Positions 30,784-41,046 of a stretch of DNA of 55,114 bases are shown here, piece after piece. Source of the stretch: Candidatus Binatia bacterium (lineage in GTDB: Bacteria > Desulfobacterota > Binatia > Bin18); assembly GCA_963666315.2 (NCBI GenBank), contig CAXXHG010000017.1, forward strand, positions 1 through 55,114. The letters are read 5' to 3'. How positions within the stretch are numbered: position 1 is the stretch's first letter; every line of letters starts with the position of its first letter. A program made the translations under genes and the position numbers. The notes under the pieces are model-generated. The model was not told the DNA's origin. It searched no databases and saw nothing but the letters and a program-made list of their open reading frames with translations.

Positions 30784-31170
30784 TTAATGTGTCGGCAGCG
30801 GCGAAAAGTGCGCGCTGACGATTTTCCACTGGTCGCCTTCCTTGCCAAAGACCAAGGTGGTTCGTCCATTCAGCGTTTGCACGTTGCCGTCTTTACTCAC
30901 TGCGGTGAAAGTGTCATAGGCGTTTGCCACACCCGCACTGTCCCCAATGACCCGGCAGGACAGTTGACGTAGGCCCGCACTCGCCGAGGCAATGCCTTCC
31001 ATTGCTCCCCGCAAAAAGTCCGCAAACTCCGGCTTACTATCAAACCGATACGGGACGTGATCAATCACCTCGAGGTCCTCGGACAGCATGTCGATGGCCG
31101 CTTGTACGTCCAATTTGGCGAAGGCGTTAAAAAATCCCCTGGCTGCAGCCTCAATCTCTTGTGCACTCAT
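30784..31170 (-). CDS. NTF2/SnoaL-like (DUF4440) protein
   Basis: FFNAF..D, GRTTLVF..E..WKIVSAHFS. Confidence 0.82.
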   Translation of the reverse strand: MSAQEIEAAARGFFNAFAKLDVQAAIDMLSEDLEVIDHVPYRFDSKPEFADFLRGAMEGIASASAGLRQLSCRVIGDSAGVANAYDTFTAVSKDGNVQTLNGRTTLVFGKEGDQWKIVSAHFSPLPTH

Positions 31171-31375
31171 ATCTGCTCTCTCCTTACATAGTGGATTGTG
31201 ATTATGGCTTCCTTAGCGAGACTTGGTGTCAGATGCAAGCTGAGGCCCGCTCTCCCGTGGGTTGCATCTGGAGATTGCATCTAGAGGTTGCATCTGCATG
31301 ATTTTTCAGGCAAGTAGGCTGTTCGGGCACGACAGTCATCGTTTCTGAGCAGAGGCTATCTTAAGGAGGGGGATA

Positions 31376-32035
31376 GTGACAGTTCTTCTACGTGTATCCG
31401 CTGTGCTGCTGAGTTGTCTTGGGCTTTGGCTCCTGCAATCTGTAGGGCAAAGCCAGGAGGCGGTTCAGGAACAGGTTGTGGCGAACTTCTTCCCGTACCG
31501 TGAGGGCTTCCCAAAGATGGGTGATATTCGCCCCGGCATGACCATCGACAGCACTAATCCCTCAAATGCTTCCTCCGTATTGCCACCCGAGATTCTCAAA
31601 TATATAGCAGCTGGTGATTTTTCGATCACGGTTCAGGAGACGACTGATCTGCCTCTACGGCCAGCCTTTATTGAGGCTACGCTGAAACATCACATCGGGG
31701 TGGTGGTGGGAGAGGAAGAGCTGCAGCACTATGTTGCCGGTCGTCCCTTTCCTGTGCTGAATGCCGACGATCCGCAGTGCGGCCTCAAGGCAGCTTGGAA
31801 TCTGCGCTGCCGCGACCAGGGAGATAACGCCCAGATACGGGCAAAGAGTGGCATCGTCAACAGCAGTGGTGCAGTCGAGCGGACCCAGAGCTTTTCCTTT
31901 ATGTCGATGTACGGCATGCATCGCTCTGACCCGGACAAGAATATCCCCCAGTGGGAACGCCAGGGAGTGTATTCTAAGCAGTAGACGATGATGCTCGCCC
32001 CCTCGGACATGTCTCTCATGCTGCAGGGAAAATGA
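31376..32035 (+). pseudogene. Truncated DUF1329-like exported protein
   Basis: Signal peptide, GMTID..N...LPP, YVAGRPFP..DP..GLKAAWN; TAG at 31982 followed in frame by TMMLAPSD then TGA; C-terminal half absent. Confidence 0.65.
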
Positions 32036-33840
32036 GACAGCGGAAATCTTGTATGGATGGGCGCAAAAATAGGAACCGGTGGGGCTGGCTGGGGCTCGTT
32101 GTGGGCATCTTGCTTGGTCTTGAGTCTGGCACGGTTTACGCCGTTTTTCTCGACCCAGAGGAGACGCTGCGTTTTAACGGTCAGGTATACAACCGAACCG
32201 CTATGGCGGTGCAGAGCGCGAGCGATAACACGCGGCTTCAAACGCCGTATAACGACTGGAATATGCTCCAGAATCGGACCTTCATCCAGGCTGAGTTACG
32301 TCATGATCTGACCGATCTTATTGCTGGCCGGGCGACCGGTTTCTTGTCGCCTTTGCAGGCTTTTTTTGCTCCACTCCGAGCGCTCAAAATTGATTCCCTC
32401 GGCTATTTCGTGACCTACCGGGGTGAATACGACGGGGTATGGGACTACGGCCCGGATGTGTTTAGTGAGCGCTCCCCGCTCCTAACCGACTGCGGCGTCC
32501 CAACTAAAGCCAAACATAAACGTCCCCTCAGTTTTGAGGGCTGTAGTCGTTCAGACCCGCGTGGTCGTTTGCGTCACCGCCACCGCTTGTTTGAAGCGTA
32601 TGTGAACTATACGAGCGGCCCGCTCTTTCTTCGCATCGGGCGCCAGAATCTGTCTTGGGGCGAGACCGACGTCTTTCGGCTGTTGGATCAGATTAACCCC
32701 CTGGATGCGAGCTTTGGCGGTTTTCTGGTCCCTCTGGATCAACGCCGTGTACCGCTCGACATGGCCCGGCTGGTGTATGGCTTTGGGGGGGGGGTTGGAC
32801 CGTTGTCTGAACTCAACCTTGAGGGCTTCATGGTGTTCGATGACAAAATCGCCGCGCCAGTCCCGACGGGTTCCCCATGGTCAACGCCTAACCCTCTGGG
32901 CTTTCCCGGCCTCATCAAAAAGCCGTCAAAGAATTTTGCCGACGCCCGTGGCGGGGCCCGGATCATTGGGATCTGGGACGAGTTTATGTTCAGCCTGGTC
33001 CACTACGTGACATATCTTGATACCCCCATGTTGCGCATTGTGACGCCGACCAAGAACCCTATCAATCTTGGTGAATTTACAACCGCCGTAAATACGGGGG
33101 ACACCCCACGTTTCTTAGTCGATCATTTTCAGGCTCATGCGCTGTATCCAAAAATTCATATCAGTGGCGGCACGCTCACCTTCAGCGTACCCCGTATTTC
33201 GGGGATTGTGCGCAGCGAGTTTGCCTATTTCTATGCTGAACCGTTCTTTCACAATTCAGCCCCGGACCAGATTCTCGGACCGGCGTTAAGCGGAGAGATT
33301 ACTCCTGGGTATCAACAAGTGGGGACTGATCCAGTCAGTGGTCAGCCTATCTTACGCTATAGAAGCAAGGTCACGCGCTCGGATGTCATACGCTGGTCGC
33401 TTGGTCTGGACGTGACCCGCTATATCAAGTTGCTGAACCCGCATCAGTCGTTTCTCCTCAGCAGTCAGGTGTTTGGCCGGCACATCATGGACTTTAATGA
33501 TACCTCGCTGGCCTCGGTCGCTCCACAGTTCGGCTTCGGGCAATTTGCCGCCCCTATCAGCGATCCCAACCGGAATAATGCATCCTTTGTCACCATTGAC
33601 GAGCATCAGTTTATCCACACCCTCTTGGTCTCGACCGCCTATCGTTCCGGTGCGATTTTGCCGCAGCTGGTCTTTTTATACGATTGGCAAGGCTCATGGC
33701 TGGTCCAACCCGGCGTGACCTTTGTGCGCGATCCCTTTCGCCTGACCCTGCAGTACAACTACCTGGATGGACAGTATAACGGCATCGGCTTTCTGCGTGA
33801 TCGGGACAATGTCATTGTGCAACTAGAGATGGTGATTTAG
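32032..33840 (+). CDS. DUF1302-family outer-membrane beta-barrel protein
   Basis: Signal peptide, LFEAYV..GPLFLRIGRQNLSWGETD.FRLLDQINPLD, terminal RDRDNV..QLE; start may be ATG 32053. Confidence 0.75.
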   Translation: MRQRKSCMDGRKNRNRWGWLGLVVGILLGLESGTVYAVFLDPEETLRFNGQVYNRTAMAVQSASDNTRLQTPYNDWNMLQNRTFIQAELRHDLTDLIAGRATGFLSPLQAFFAPLRALKIDSLGYFVTYRGEYDGVWDYGPDVFSERSPLLTDCGVPTKAKHKRPLSFEGCSRSDPRGRLRHRHRLFEAYVNYTSGPLFLRIGRQNLSWGETDVFRLLDQINPLDASFGGFLVPLDQRRVPLDMARLVYGFGGGVGPLSELNLEGFMVFDDKIAAPVPTGSPWSTPNPLGFPGLIKKPSKNFADARGGARIIGIWDEFMFSLVHYVTYLDTPMLRIVTPTKNPINLGEFTTAVNTGDTPRFLVDHFQAHALYPKIHISGGTLTFSVPRISGIVRSEFAYFYAEPFFHNSAPDQILGPALSGEITPGYQQVGTDPVSGQPILRYRSKVTRSDVIRWSLGLDVTRYIKLLNPHQSFLLSSQVFGRHIMDFNDTSLASVAPQFGFGQFAAPISDPNRNNASFVTIDEHQFIHTLLVSTAYRSGAILPQLVFLYDWQGSWLVQPGVTFVRDPFRLTLQYNYLDGQYNGIGFLRDRDNVIVQLEMVI

Positions 33841-33903
33841 AGCGCGCAGACTGGGGCAGACTGGGATTGATCGGTGGGCAAGACGCTGTGCCTGGCTTGA
33901 CCT

Positions 33904-34356
33904 TTACGCATCAAGATCTAGGGGATCGAGTCCGTTTGCCTCTCCGCGACGAATGCGTTCCAGACCGTCGGTTCCAATATCGCAATACAGCTCGAGCTGG
34001 TTCCCCTCAGGGTCGAGGAAGTAAATGCTCTTGGTAATACCGTGGTCGATGGTGGCGGTGATCTCCACGTCATGCGCTTTGAGCGTCCGATAGCCCTCTT
34101 TCAACTCATCAAAATTTTCGACCTGGAGGGCGACGTGATGCAGGCCAACTTGCTTGTTTTTGACGGGATCAGCCTCGGGCGGCACCTCTAAGACGGCAAG
34201 ATCGTGATGTTGCTCACCCAGGGTGAAGAATACGCCGCGTGGACGTTTGAGTCGCGTGACAACCTCAAAGCCCAATACCTCAGTATAAAACTGCTCAGCA
34301 CGTGTGAGATCACACGCCTTGAGGACGACATGGCCAATTTTTTTAGGACGAATCAT
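33904..34356 (-). CDS. VOC/glyoxalase family protein (catechol dioxygenase-like single domain)
   Basis: IGHVVL, FYTEVLGF, HHDLA, GLHHVA, DHG..SIYFLDPEGNQLE; AGGAGG SD before ATG 34356. Confidence 0.9.
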   Translation of the reverse strand: MIRPKKIGHVVLKACDLTRAEQFYTEVLGFEVVTRLKRPRGVFFTLGEQHHDLAVLEVPPEADPVKNKQVGLHHVALQVENFDELKEGYRTLKAHDVEITATIDHGITKSIYFLDPEGNQLELYCDIGTDGLERIRRGEANGLDPLDLDA

Positions 34357-34497
34357 AATACCCCTCCTGTATGGCCTGCATACCATGAGGTTCCTGACGG
34401 CGTAAAGTTGTTGCGGGAAGATTCTTGCGCAAAGATTCTTACGCTTGACACAGGCGGAAGCCTCGCGCTATGCCCGGTGTTTAAGGAGGGCGTGAAT

Positions 34498-35616
34498 ATG
34501 GAAATACATATAACCGGGGGATATGTGTCTGCTGACGGGCATGTGGTGGAGCCCGCAGACCTGTGGACAAGCAGGATGGATAAGCGCTTTCGTGACCGGG
34601 CGCCACGCGTCGAGTCCAAACCAGAAGCCGACTTTTACCTCATAGACGGGCTGGAACCGTTACCCGTTGGACTCGAAGGTGTTTCGATGGAAGACAAGCT
34701 TGCTGGGGATATTTTATCGCCGCAGGGCGGCCGGCACGCGGATACGCGGCCTGGTGCGTGGGACCCCCAGGCTCGATTGGCCGACCAGGCGATGGACCAT
34801 CTGCGAGCTGAGGTCATATATCCTGGGGTCGGGCTCTTTCTGAGTGCCGCCCCCGATGCTGAATACCAACGCGAGTGTTTTCGCGTGTATAACGACTGGC
34901 TGAGCGAGTTCTGCGCGGCTGCCCCAGATCGCTTCCTGGGTGTCGGTTTGCTGCCGATGCGAGGGCCTATTGAATGGGCGGTTGAGGAGGCTGAGCGAAT
35001 AGCCAAAAAGGGCCTCAGGTCGGTGTCGATACCATCTGAGATTGCAAACCGATCATATCGGCTGGCCGAGTACGATCCGCTGTGGGCAGCAGTCCAAGAT
35101 TTAGACCTGCCGATTGCCATGCACGTGGGGACGGATGAGCCCTTCTATATGAAGGCGGACCGGATGGGGGTTGGTAAAGCCTTTGTTGACACCAAGATTT
35201 GCGCCATCGAGCGAGCCATGGCCGATATCATCTGGGGCGCCGTCCCACAGCGCTTTCCAAAACTGCGTTTTGTCTTGGCTGAGGGCGGGATAGGCTGGAT
35301 CGCTTCGGTGCTGCGCAGTATGGATCACTGGTGGGCGGACCACCGGCACTGGATGGAACCACGGGTAGATGAAGCCCCCAGTTTTTATTTTCAGCGCCAG
35401 TTCTGGGCTACGTTTGAGGATGACCGGGCTGGGGTTCTAACTCGCGAACTCATCGGCGTTGACCGTTTGATGTGGGGCTCGGATTATCCGCACACCGAGG
35501 GTACGTTCCCGTATTCTCAGGCGCAGGTCATGAAGGACTTTCTGGGCGTACCGGAGGACGAGCTGTATAAAATGGTGGTCGGCAATGCGGCGAGTCTGTA
35601 CGGCTTGGAGACCTAA
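34498..35616 (+). CDS. Amidohydrolase_2 family protein
   Basis: SADGHVVEP, YNDWL.EFC, MHVG, EGGIGW, LMWGSDYPH.EGT; AAGGAGG SD before ATG 34498. Confidence 0.92.
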   Translation: MEIHITGGYVSADGHVVEPADLWTSRMDKRFRDRAPRVESKPEADFYLIDGLEPLPVGLEGVSMEDKLAGDILSPQGGRHADTRPGAWDPQARLADQAMDHLRAEVIYPGVGLFLSAAPDAEYQRECFRVYNDWLSEFCAAAPDRFLGVGLLPMRGPIEWAVEEAERIAKKGLRSVSIPSEIANRSYRLAEYDPLWAAVQDLDLPIAMHVGTDEPFYMKADRMGVGKAFVDTKICAIERAMADIIWGAVPQRFPKLRFVLAEGGIGWIASVLRSMDHWWADHRHWMEPRVDEAPSFYFQRQFWATFEDDRAGVLTRELIGVDRLMWGSDYPHTEGTFPYSQAQVMKDFLGVPEDELYKMVVGNAASLYGLET

Positions 35617-35635
35617 TCGCCGCAATAATGGATGT

Positions 35636-35658
35636 GTAGGGGCAGGGGAACCCTGCCC
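35636..35658 (+). repeat. GTAG-tagged REP-like hairpin
   Basis: GTAG-GGGCAGGG-GAA-CCCTGCCC. Confidence 0.65.
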
Positions 35659-35684
35659 AGCCAAGGAACAGAGAGGAGAGAGTA

Positions 35685-36347
35685 ATGGCAGAATCAGCAG
35701 AGCCTGGAATCTTTGAAATCATATATGCAACACGTGCCATGCGGCGGCTCAAACCCGACCCTATTCCGGAAGAGACGCTCAAGAAAATTGTGGACGCGGG
35801 CATTCGCGCGCCGAGCGGCGGAAATATGCAAGACTGGGCGTTCATCCTGGTGCGGGATACTGGGCTGAAACGTTTCATCCGCGACTATTATTGGAATACG
35901 TGGCAGAAGATCATGGGCGAGCGTGGCATCCCCGACGGTCTGCCGGCTGCTCAGCAACGCATGCTGGGTGCGGCTGCGCATTTAGCGGCGCATTTGGATG
36001 ATGCGCCTGTCGTGTTATTAGCGTGTGCCAAAAAAGAATACACGCCCTTGGCCGAGATGAAGAACGAGCGCGCCAACGCGGCGGTGATCCACGGCACGAT
36101 TTATCCTGCAGTCCAAAATATCCTGCTGGCCTGCCGCGCCTTGGGGGTCGGGGCGACGCTAACCACGATACACTGTCTCTTTGAAGAAGAGCTGAAGAAA
36201 AAATTGAACATTCCGGACGACATGGAAGTCTCGGCGCTGATTCCCATGGGCTATCCGCAAGGCAAGTTCGGTCCGGTGTCACGGGCGCCGGTGGAAGAGG
36301 TCATACACTGGGACACGTGGGATAACAAGCAGACGTACCAAGGGTGA
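35685..36347 (+). CDS. Nitroreductase family protein
   Basis: RAMRRLKPDPI, APSGGNMQDWAF, AVQNILLACRALGVG, IPMGYP. Confidence 0.92.
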   Translation: MAESAEPGIFEIIYATRAMRRLKPDPIPEETLKKIVDAGIRAPSGGNMQDWAFILVRDTGLKRFIRDYYWNTWQKIMGERGIPDGLPAAQQRMLGAAAHLAAHLDDAPVVLLACAKKEYTPLAEMKNERANAAVIHGTIYPAVQNILLACRALGVGATLTTIHCLFEEELKKKLNIPDDMEVSALIPMGYPQGKFGPVSRAPVEEVIHWDTWDNKQTYQG

Positions 36348-36362
36348 GATAAGGAGGACCCT

Positions 36363-36761
36363 ATGAGTGCTGCTGAAAACAAAAAACTAATCCAAGACGT
36401 TTTTGATGCATGGGCAGGTGGGGATGGCATGGCGTTTTTCAACACCTTAGCCGAGGATGTCCAGTGGACGGTGATTGGCACCAGCCCAGTCTCGCGCACT
36501 TACACCAGCCGCCAGGCATTCGTAGATGGGGCGGCCAAGCCGCTGACTGCCAAGCTGGCCGGACCCATTCAACCGACGGTGGTGAATATTATTGCCGAAG
36601 GGGACAACGTCGTCCTGCAGTGGGAAGGCAAAGCCACGACCAAAGCCGGCAAACCCTATAACAACAGTTATTGCTGGGTGATGCGCATCGCGGACGGCAA
36701 GGTCAGAGAAGGTACGGCCTATATCGACACCGATCTGGTGGCTGACTTGTGGCGGTCGTAG
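36363..36761 (+). CDS. NTF2/SnoaL-like (ketosteroid isomerase-like) protein
   Basis: NKKLI..F, LAEDVQW, AEGDNV, GKPYNNSYC, YIDT. Confidence 0.88.
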   Translation: MSAAENKKLIQDVFDAWAGGDGMAFFNTLAEDVQWTVIGTSPVSRTYTSRQAFVDGAAKPLTAKLAGPIQPTVVNIIAEGDNVVLQWEGKATTKAGKPYNNSYCWVMRIADGKVREGTAYIDTDLVADLWRS

Positions 36762-36777
36762 TCTTTGGGTGTTTTCC

Positions 36778-36800
36778 GTAGGGGCGAGGTCACCTCGCCC
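36778..36800 (+). repeat. GTAG-tagged REP-like hairpin
   Basis: GTAG-GGGCGAGGT-C-ACCTCGCCC between convergent genes. Confidence 0.7.
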
Positions 36801-36811
36801 TGGGTGCTAGT

Positions 36812-38014
36812 TTAGGCCCAAATAGCATCGTCATCCGTCATTGGAATGCCAAAGGCCGTCTTGCCCAGTAACTCCAGGGTCTGGTCGGTACCGACGGGAT
36901 GAAACAGGGCCGCGCGCGCATCCCGGTAGTAGCGCTCCAACGGGAGACGTTTAAAATATGAGATTCCACCTACGGCCCGTAGGGCGAGATCGACCACGCG
37001 TACGGCATTCTCCATGGCAACCGTACGTACCGCCACGCTCTTGCGCGCCCACGTCTGGGGTTCTTCAATGTCGGCCTCGGCGGCAGCTTTCCACAGCATG
37101 GCACGGGCGGTCTCGATCAATATGTCCATCTCGCCGACTTTGTTATACACGCTGGGCAGATGGCTCATGGGCTTGTTGAGCGGAAAGCGTGGACGCTCAC
37201 GCATGAACTCGACCACGAAGTCTCGGGCTGCGACAGCGATGCCAATATACGGCGCGGCAATAGTGAACAGCGCTCTCAGAAAGAGGTTGGTGATACCACC
37301 ACGAGTAAAGGCCGGTCGTTGCAGTATCACCGCCGACTCCGGCACAAAAACGTCCTTGAGCTCAGTACCCCGTGACGCAGTGGCGCGCATGCCCATGGTG
37401 TACCAGTCGTCCTTGAAGGTGAGGCCGGGCGTGTCGGGCGGAATGAGGAAGGAGACAATAGTTTCCCCCTCGGGACCGTTCTGCCACAGGGCTTCGCTAA
37501 AATAACGATTCAGGGCAATGCTCTGCGTACTGAAAATTTTTCGTCCACTGACCCGCCAGCCGCCATCGACCCGCTCGGCAGTAGCCCGAGGACGCAAGAC
37601 CGGAATGGCGTTGTCGGGCTCGGAGGCCGAACCACCGCAGATCAACCGTTCAGTGGCGATTTGGCGGAGTATATCCGCCCGTCTGGAGTCTTGGAACTTA
37701 CGCCAGAGGTCGATCAGGAGGCCGATGGCATTAAAGTGCATATTAATAGCCAGGGCAGTCGGACCACAGCCTTGGCCCAGGCGTTCCTGGGCTTTGATCC
37801 GTTCCAGCAGGCTGGCGCCGCTGCCGCCCAGCTCTTCGGGAATGGTCATGATAGTGTAGCCGCTGTCCTTGAGGCGGGCGTAATTTTCATACGGAAAAGA
37901 CCCGTCTTCATCATGCTGAGCAGCACGCTGGGCAAAGTCATCGGCCAGCGTTGCCGCAAGATCGATAAATCGTTGCTCGCGCGTTGTATGGAACTGATGC
38001 ATCACTATCTCCAT
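36812..38014 (-). CDS. Acyl-CoA dehydrogenase family protein
   Basis: IPEELGG.G, SEP, GWRVSGRKIFST, W.TMGMRATAS, LERYYRDAR. Confidence 0.92.
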   Translation of the reverse strand: MEIVMHQFHTTREQRFIDLAATLADDFAQRAAQHDEDGSFPYENYARLKDSGYTIMTIPEELGGSGASLLERIKAQERLGQGCGPTALAINMHFNAIGLLIDLWRKFQDSRRADILRQIATERLICGGSASEPDNAIPVLRPRATAERVDGGWRVSGRKIFSTQSIALNRYFSEALWQNGPEGETIVSFLIPPDTPGLTFKDDWYTMGMRATASRGTELKDVFVPESAVILQRPAFTRGGITNLFLRALFTIAAPYIGIAVAARDFVVEFMRERPRFPLNKPMSHLPSVYNKVGEMDILIETARAMLWKAAAEADIEEPQTWARKSVAVRTVAMENAVRVVDLALRAVGGISYFKRLPLERYYRDARAALFHPVGTDQTLELLGKTAFGIPMTDDDAIWA

Positions 38015-38185
38015 TATCCGCTTGTCTATGGCGGTCTTAGCGAATCTGCTTGCTCAGTGTCAAACTCTACCAAACCCTACAGCCTTGGCCCCTGCTTGGT
38101 CATATGTGACAGCCTCTTGCATTCTGACTGGTTCTCACGGAAAAGATCTACACAGCAGTCCATTGGATAAGCGACAAGAGGAGGG

Positions 38186-39106
38186 ATGATGAAACTCTAC
38201 CGCTCGACCATGTTTGTTCCGGGCAATCGGCCCGACTGGATAGACAAGGCCCCAAAATACGGTCCTGATGCGTTGATGTTAGATCTTGAAGATGCCGTTC
38301 CGATTGCCGAAAAGGTCGAGGCGCGGCAAATCGTGCGCACGGGCATTGAACGCTTACGCGGCAGGGATGTTGGCGTCTTCGTCCGCCTGAACGGTGTGGA
38401 CACCGGCCTGACGGGCGAAGATGTTGAGGCCGTTGTCACTGAGGGACTCGACGCGGTCGCTGTACCCAAGCTGGAGAAGGTTGAGGAAGTGCTCAAGGTT
38501 GACGCCTGGCTGGAGTTATTTGAACACAAAGCCGGACTCCCTATCGGCTCGATTGAAATCATGGTTCTGCCCGAAACCGCACGCGGCATTATGGATGCTT
38601 ATAAGCTCGCCACAGCATGTCCTCGTGTAGGCAACCTCATTGGCGGCGTCGGCGCCAGGTCGGGAGATGTGACCAAGGCCATAGGCTATAAGTGGACGCG
38701 CCAGGGCCTGGAGACGCTCTACCTGGCCTCGCATATTTTATTAGCCGCCCGTGCCGCTGGGATAGAATATCCGATCGGTGGCGGTTCGCTTGAGGTCGGC
38801 GATATCGAGCTGGTGCGTTCGCAAATCCAGCGTGGACGGGAGGTTGGTTTTCGGGGGTGCCTGCTGATTCATCCTTCTGCCGTACCGATTGCGAATGAGA
38901 TCTTTTCACCGTCTCCGGAAGAGATCGAATGGAACAAAGGTATTATGCAAGCCATGGCCGACGCCGAGAAAGCAGGCAAAGCAGCCGTAACGTATGACGG
39001 CATGATGATCGACTACGCCCATGTCCGCAACGCGCTTGAGCTGCTGCAACAAGCCGAGTCGTTTGGCATTGAGGTCGGTGAGTATGCGGACGTAAAGGCA
39101 TTATAA
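38186..39106 (+). CDS. CitE-like CoA-ester lyase (HpcH/HpaI aldolase/citrate lyase family)
   Basis: RSTMFVPG, LDLEDAV, VRLN, PK, ET..G, IHP, GMMID. Confidence 0.9.
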   Translation: MMKLYRSTMFVPGNRPDWIDKAPKYGPDALMLDLEDAVPIAEKVEARQIVRTGIERLRGRDVGVFVRLNGVDTGLTGEDVEAVVTEGLDAVAVPKLEKVEEVLKVDAWLELFEHKAGLPIGSIEIMVLPETARGIMDAYKLATACPRVGNLIGGVGARSGDVTKAIGYKWTRQGLETLYLASHILLAARAAGIEYPIGGGSLEVGDIELVRSQIQRGREVGFRGCLLIHPSAVPIANEIFSPSPEEIEWNKGIMQAMADAEKAGKAAVTYDGMMIDYAHVRNALELLQQAESFGIEVGEYADVKAL

Positions 39107-39289
39107 AGGCCGGACTGCGGAGCATGGTGTTTTTTCACCTCATCCGTCTTGGGATTTTCGGAGGGCTGGTCTTGATTGGGCGTAGGCGAGCGACCTTGTC
39201 TCTGCAAAGTTGAGGTGAGGTGCTTTCTTTATTTGACAAACTGCCGCGTTTCGGAGAGTAATATTTTTCCGAACAACAAAGAAGGAATA

Positions 39290-39508
39290 ATGCTCATGCA
39301 GTCTGACTACACAGCGGTCGTGAAGCGCGACGGAAAATGGTGGATAGGGTGGATTGAGGAAGTGCCTGGTGTCAACTCTCAGGGAGCCACCCGAGAAGAA
39401 CTTTCGATAAATTTGCGATCAGCGCTACAAGAGGCCCTTGAGATGAATCGGGCTGATGCTCTCGCTGCTGCTGAAGGAGAGTATGAGGAAGAGAGTATTT
39501 CCTTGTGA
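39290..39508 (+). CDS. hicB: HicB-family antitoxin (short form)
   Basis: YTAVV..DG.WWIGWIEEVPGVNSQG.T.EEL..NL..AL; AAGGA SD; start 39290 or 39296. Confidence 0.88.
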   Translation: MLMQSDYTAVVKRDGKWWIGWIEEVPGVNSQGATREELSINLRSALQEALEMNRADALAAAEGEYEEESISL

Positions 39509-39690
39509 AGCGAAGAGCATTTCTTGCTCACCTTCGCTCATATGGATGTCTGTTAGTACGCGAAGGAGCGCGGCATCCGTGGTGGGGTAACCCCAGGAAC
39601 AATCATCGCTCCTCAATCCCTCGGCACACAGAAATAGGAAACGATTTAGCAAAAAAGATTTGTCGGGATCTAGATATCCCAAAGCCTTGA
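39505..39690 (+). CDS. hicA: HicA-family mRNA interferase toxin
   Basis: MKRR..L.HL..YGC..VREG.RH.WW.N, IPRHTEI..LAKKICRDLDI; GTGA overlap with hicB. Confidence 0.88.
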   Translation: MKRRAFLAHLRSYGCLLVREGARHPWWGNPRNNHRSSIPRHTEIGNDLAKKICRDLDIPKP

Positions 39691-39787
39691 TACGCTTGGT
39701 CTGTCCTAATGCATCTTCTCATTTTGTTTTCTATGGGAGAAAGGTAAGAGATTTTGGATAGTCCCGTGCGAAATTTATCAGCGTCGT

Positions 39788-41004
39788 TTGTATAAGAAAC
39801 CAGACAGGGCTGAGATTGAGATTCAGTTCCTTACGGAATCGCAGCAGCTACAGGATCTTTGCCGAAAATATTGGCAGATGGATGAGGCGCAAAAGTTTGC
39901 ACATTCCGTTGCTAGCCTAAGCAGTGAGTTCGATGTCCCGAGACACAAAGTTTCTGTTCTTGTGACTCAAAATTGCATCGCCTACTTACCTGATCAATCC
40001 TGTGAATCTTGCGAGTCTCCGCGTCCATATCGAAGTCGGGAAGACTTCCGACAAAGACAAAGCTACTATTCCTGGGGATTGTGGAAATGTGAAGATTGCA
40101 TAAAGGCGGAACAGGAAGTAGCACACGAACAAAAGGCGCGCGCTGTTAATATTCGTCGTACCCTCCTTCAAGAAGAACTCGACACGAAAAGAGTAAAGCG
40201 GACACGTTTGGAGGCCCTCTCGTTCTCTGAAGCTGTCTACCTGCTGAGTCTTCTCCGGGTTGGAGGAGGAGAAGATCTTAGCTTCATACTGCCAGCCGAG
40301 TCATTCCCCTTACCTCATTCACCAACTACGGAGCTTGATCGAGAGATACTTGACCATCTTTATAGGAGACATTTGATTTGTATCCACCCAGAGTCCCAAC
40401 CGGAATCCGTAGTGATTGAAGAGGAAGAATTCACTGAATTTTCCCCCTTTAAGGTCAATTGGAATCTACCGCTATCCTCGGAAGATCCTTCTCCTACACA
40501 ATTTATGGAAAATTTGGAAACGGTGATTAAGGAAGACGAATGGCCTGGAGATTGGCACGAGGAGGCAAAACAGCTCTATCGCCTTATTGCACTTCATGAA
40601 TGCTTGCAATATCTGCGTGTGGTAATGGAAGAGCACGGTTTCGAACTGCGTACAGGGGAGAAAACAAAGCTAGTCCTCCAGTCTGTCCTAAAAGACTACT
40701 CTATAGCACAGGTGTATAATTTCATTTGGCGGGCTGTCAGGGATGCCGCCGCTTTCTACCTTCGGGAATCTACCTCGAAGGCTCATGCCGCGAATATAGT
40801 ACCAGGGTCTATTCAGCGGATGGCAGAACGAGCTTTAAGTGAGGGGGGAATATAAAGGGGTACCGACGAGACTTTCGGGCTCCCGAAAGTCTCGTCGGTC
40901 AGGTCCTGTTTACGACCGCATTAAAGCTTGTTGATACAGGTTTCACTAGTGTCCCTCCCCGGGAAGAAGAGAATGAAGGACAAGAAGAGGGGAAAGATAC
41001 ATAG
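39788..41004 (+). pseudogene. Hypothetical protein with paired CxxC motifs, frameshifted at a G6 tract near the C-terminus
   Basis: 355-aa ORF with CESC and CEDC; the -1 frame after G6 (40843-40848) stays open (NIKGYRRDFRAPES...) to TAG 41004; visibly AT-richer than flanks. Confidence 0.6.
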
Positions 41005-41046
41005 CGTATTAGTTCCTTCCTCTTTCCTACGGCGGACCAGCTCACC

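Noticed and set aside
19658-31984. In-frame TAG codons at 19658 and 31982 as pyrrolysine or recoding
   Set aside because: Both lie in otherwise disrupted genes, are one substitution from Gln/Tyr codons, and no pyl genes are visible
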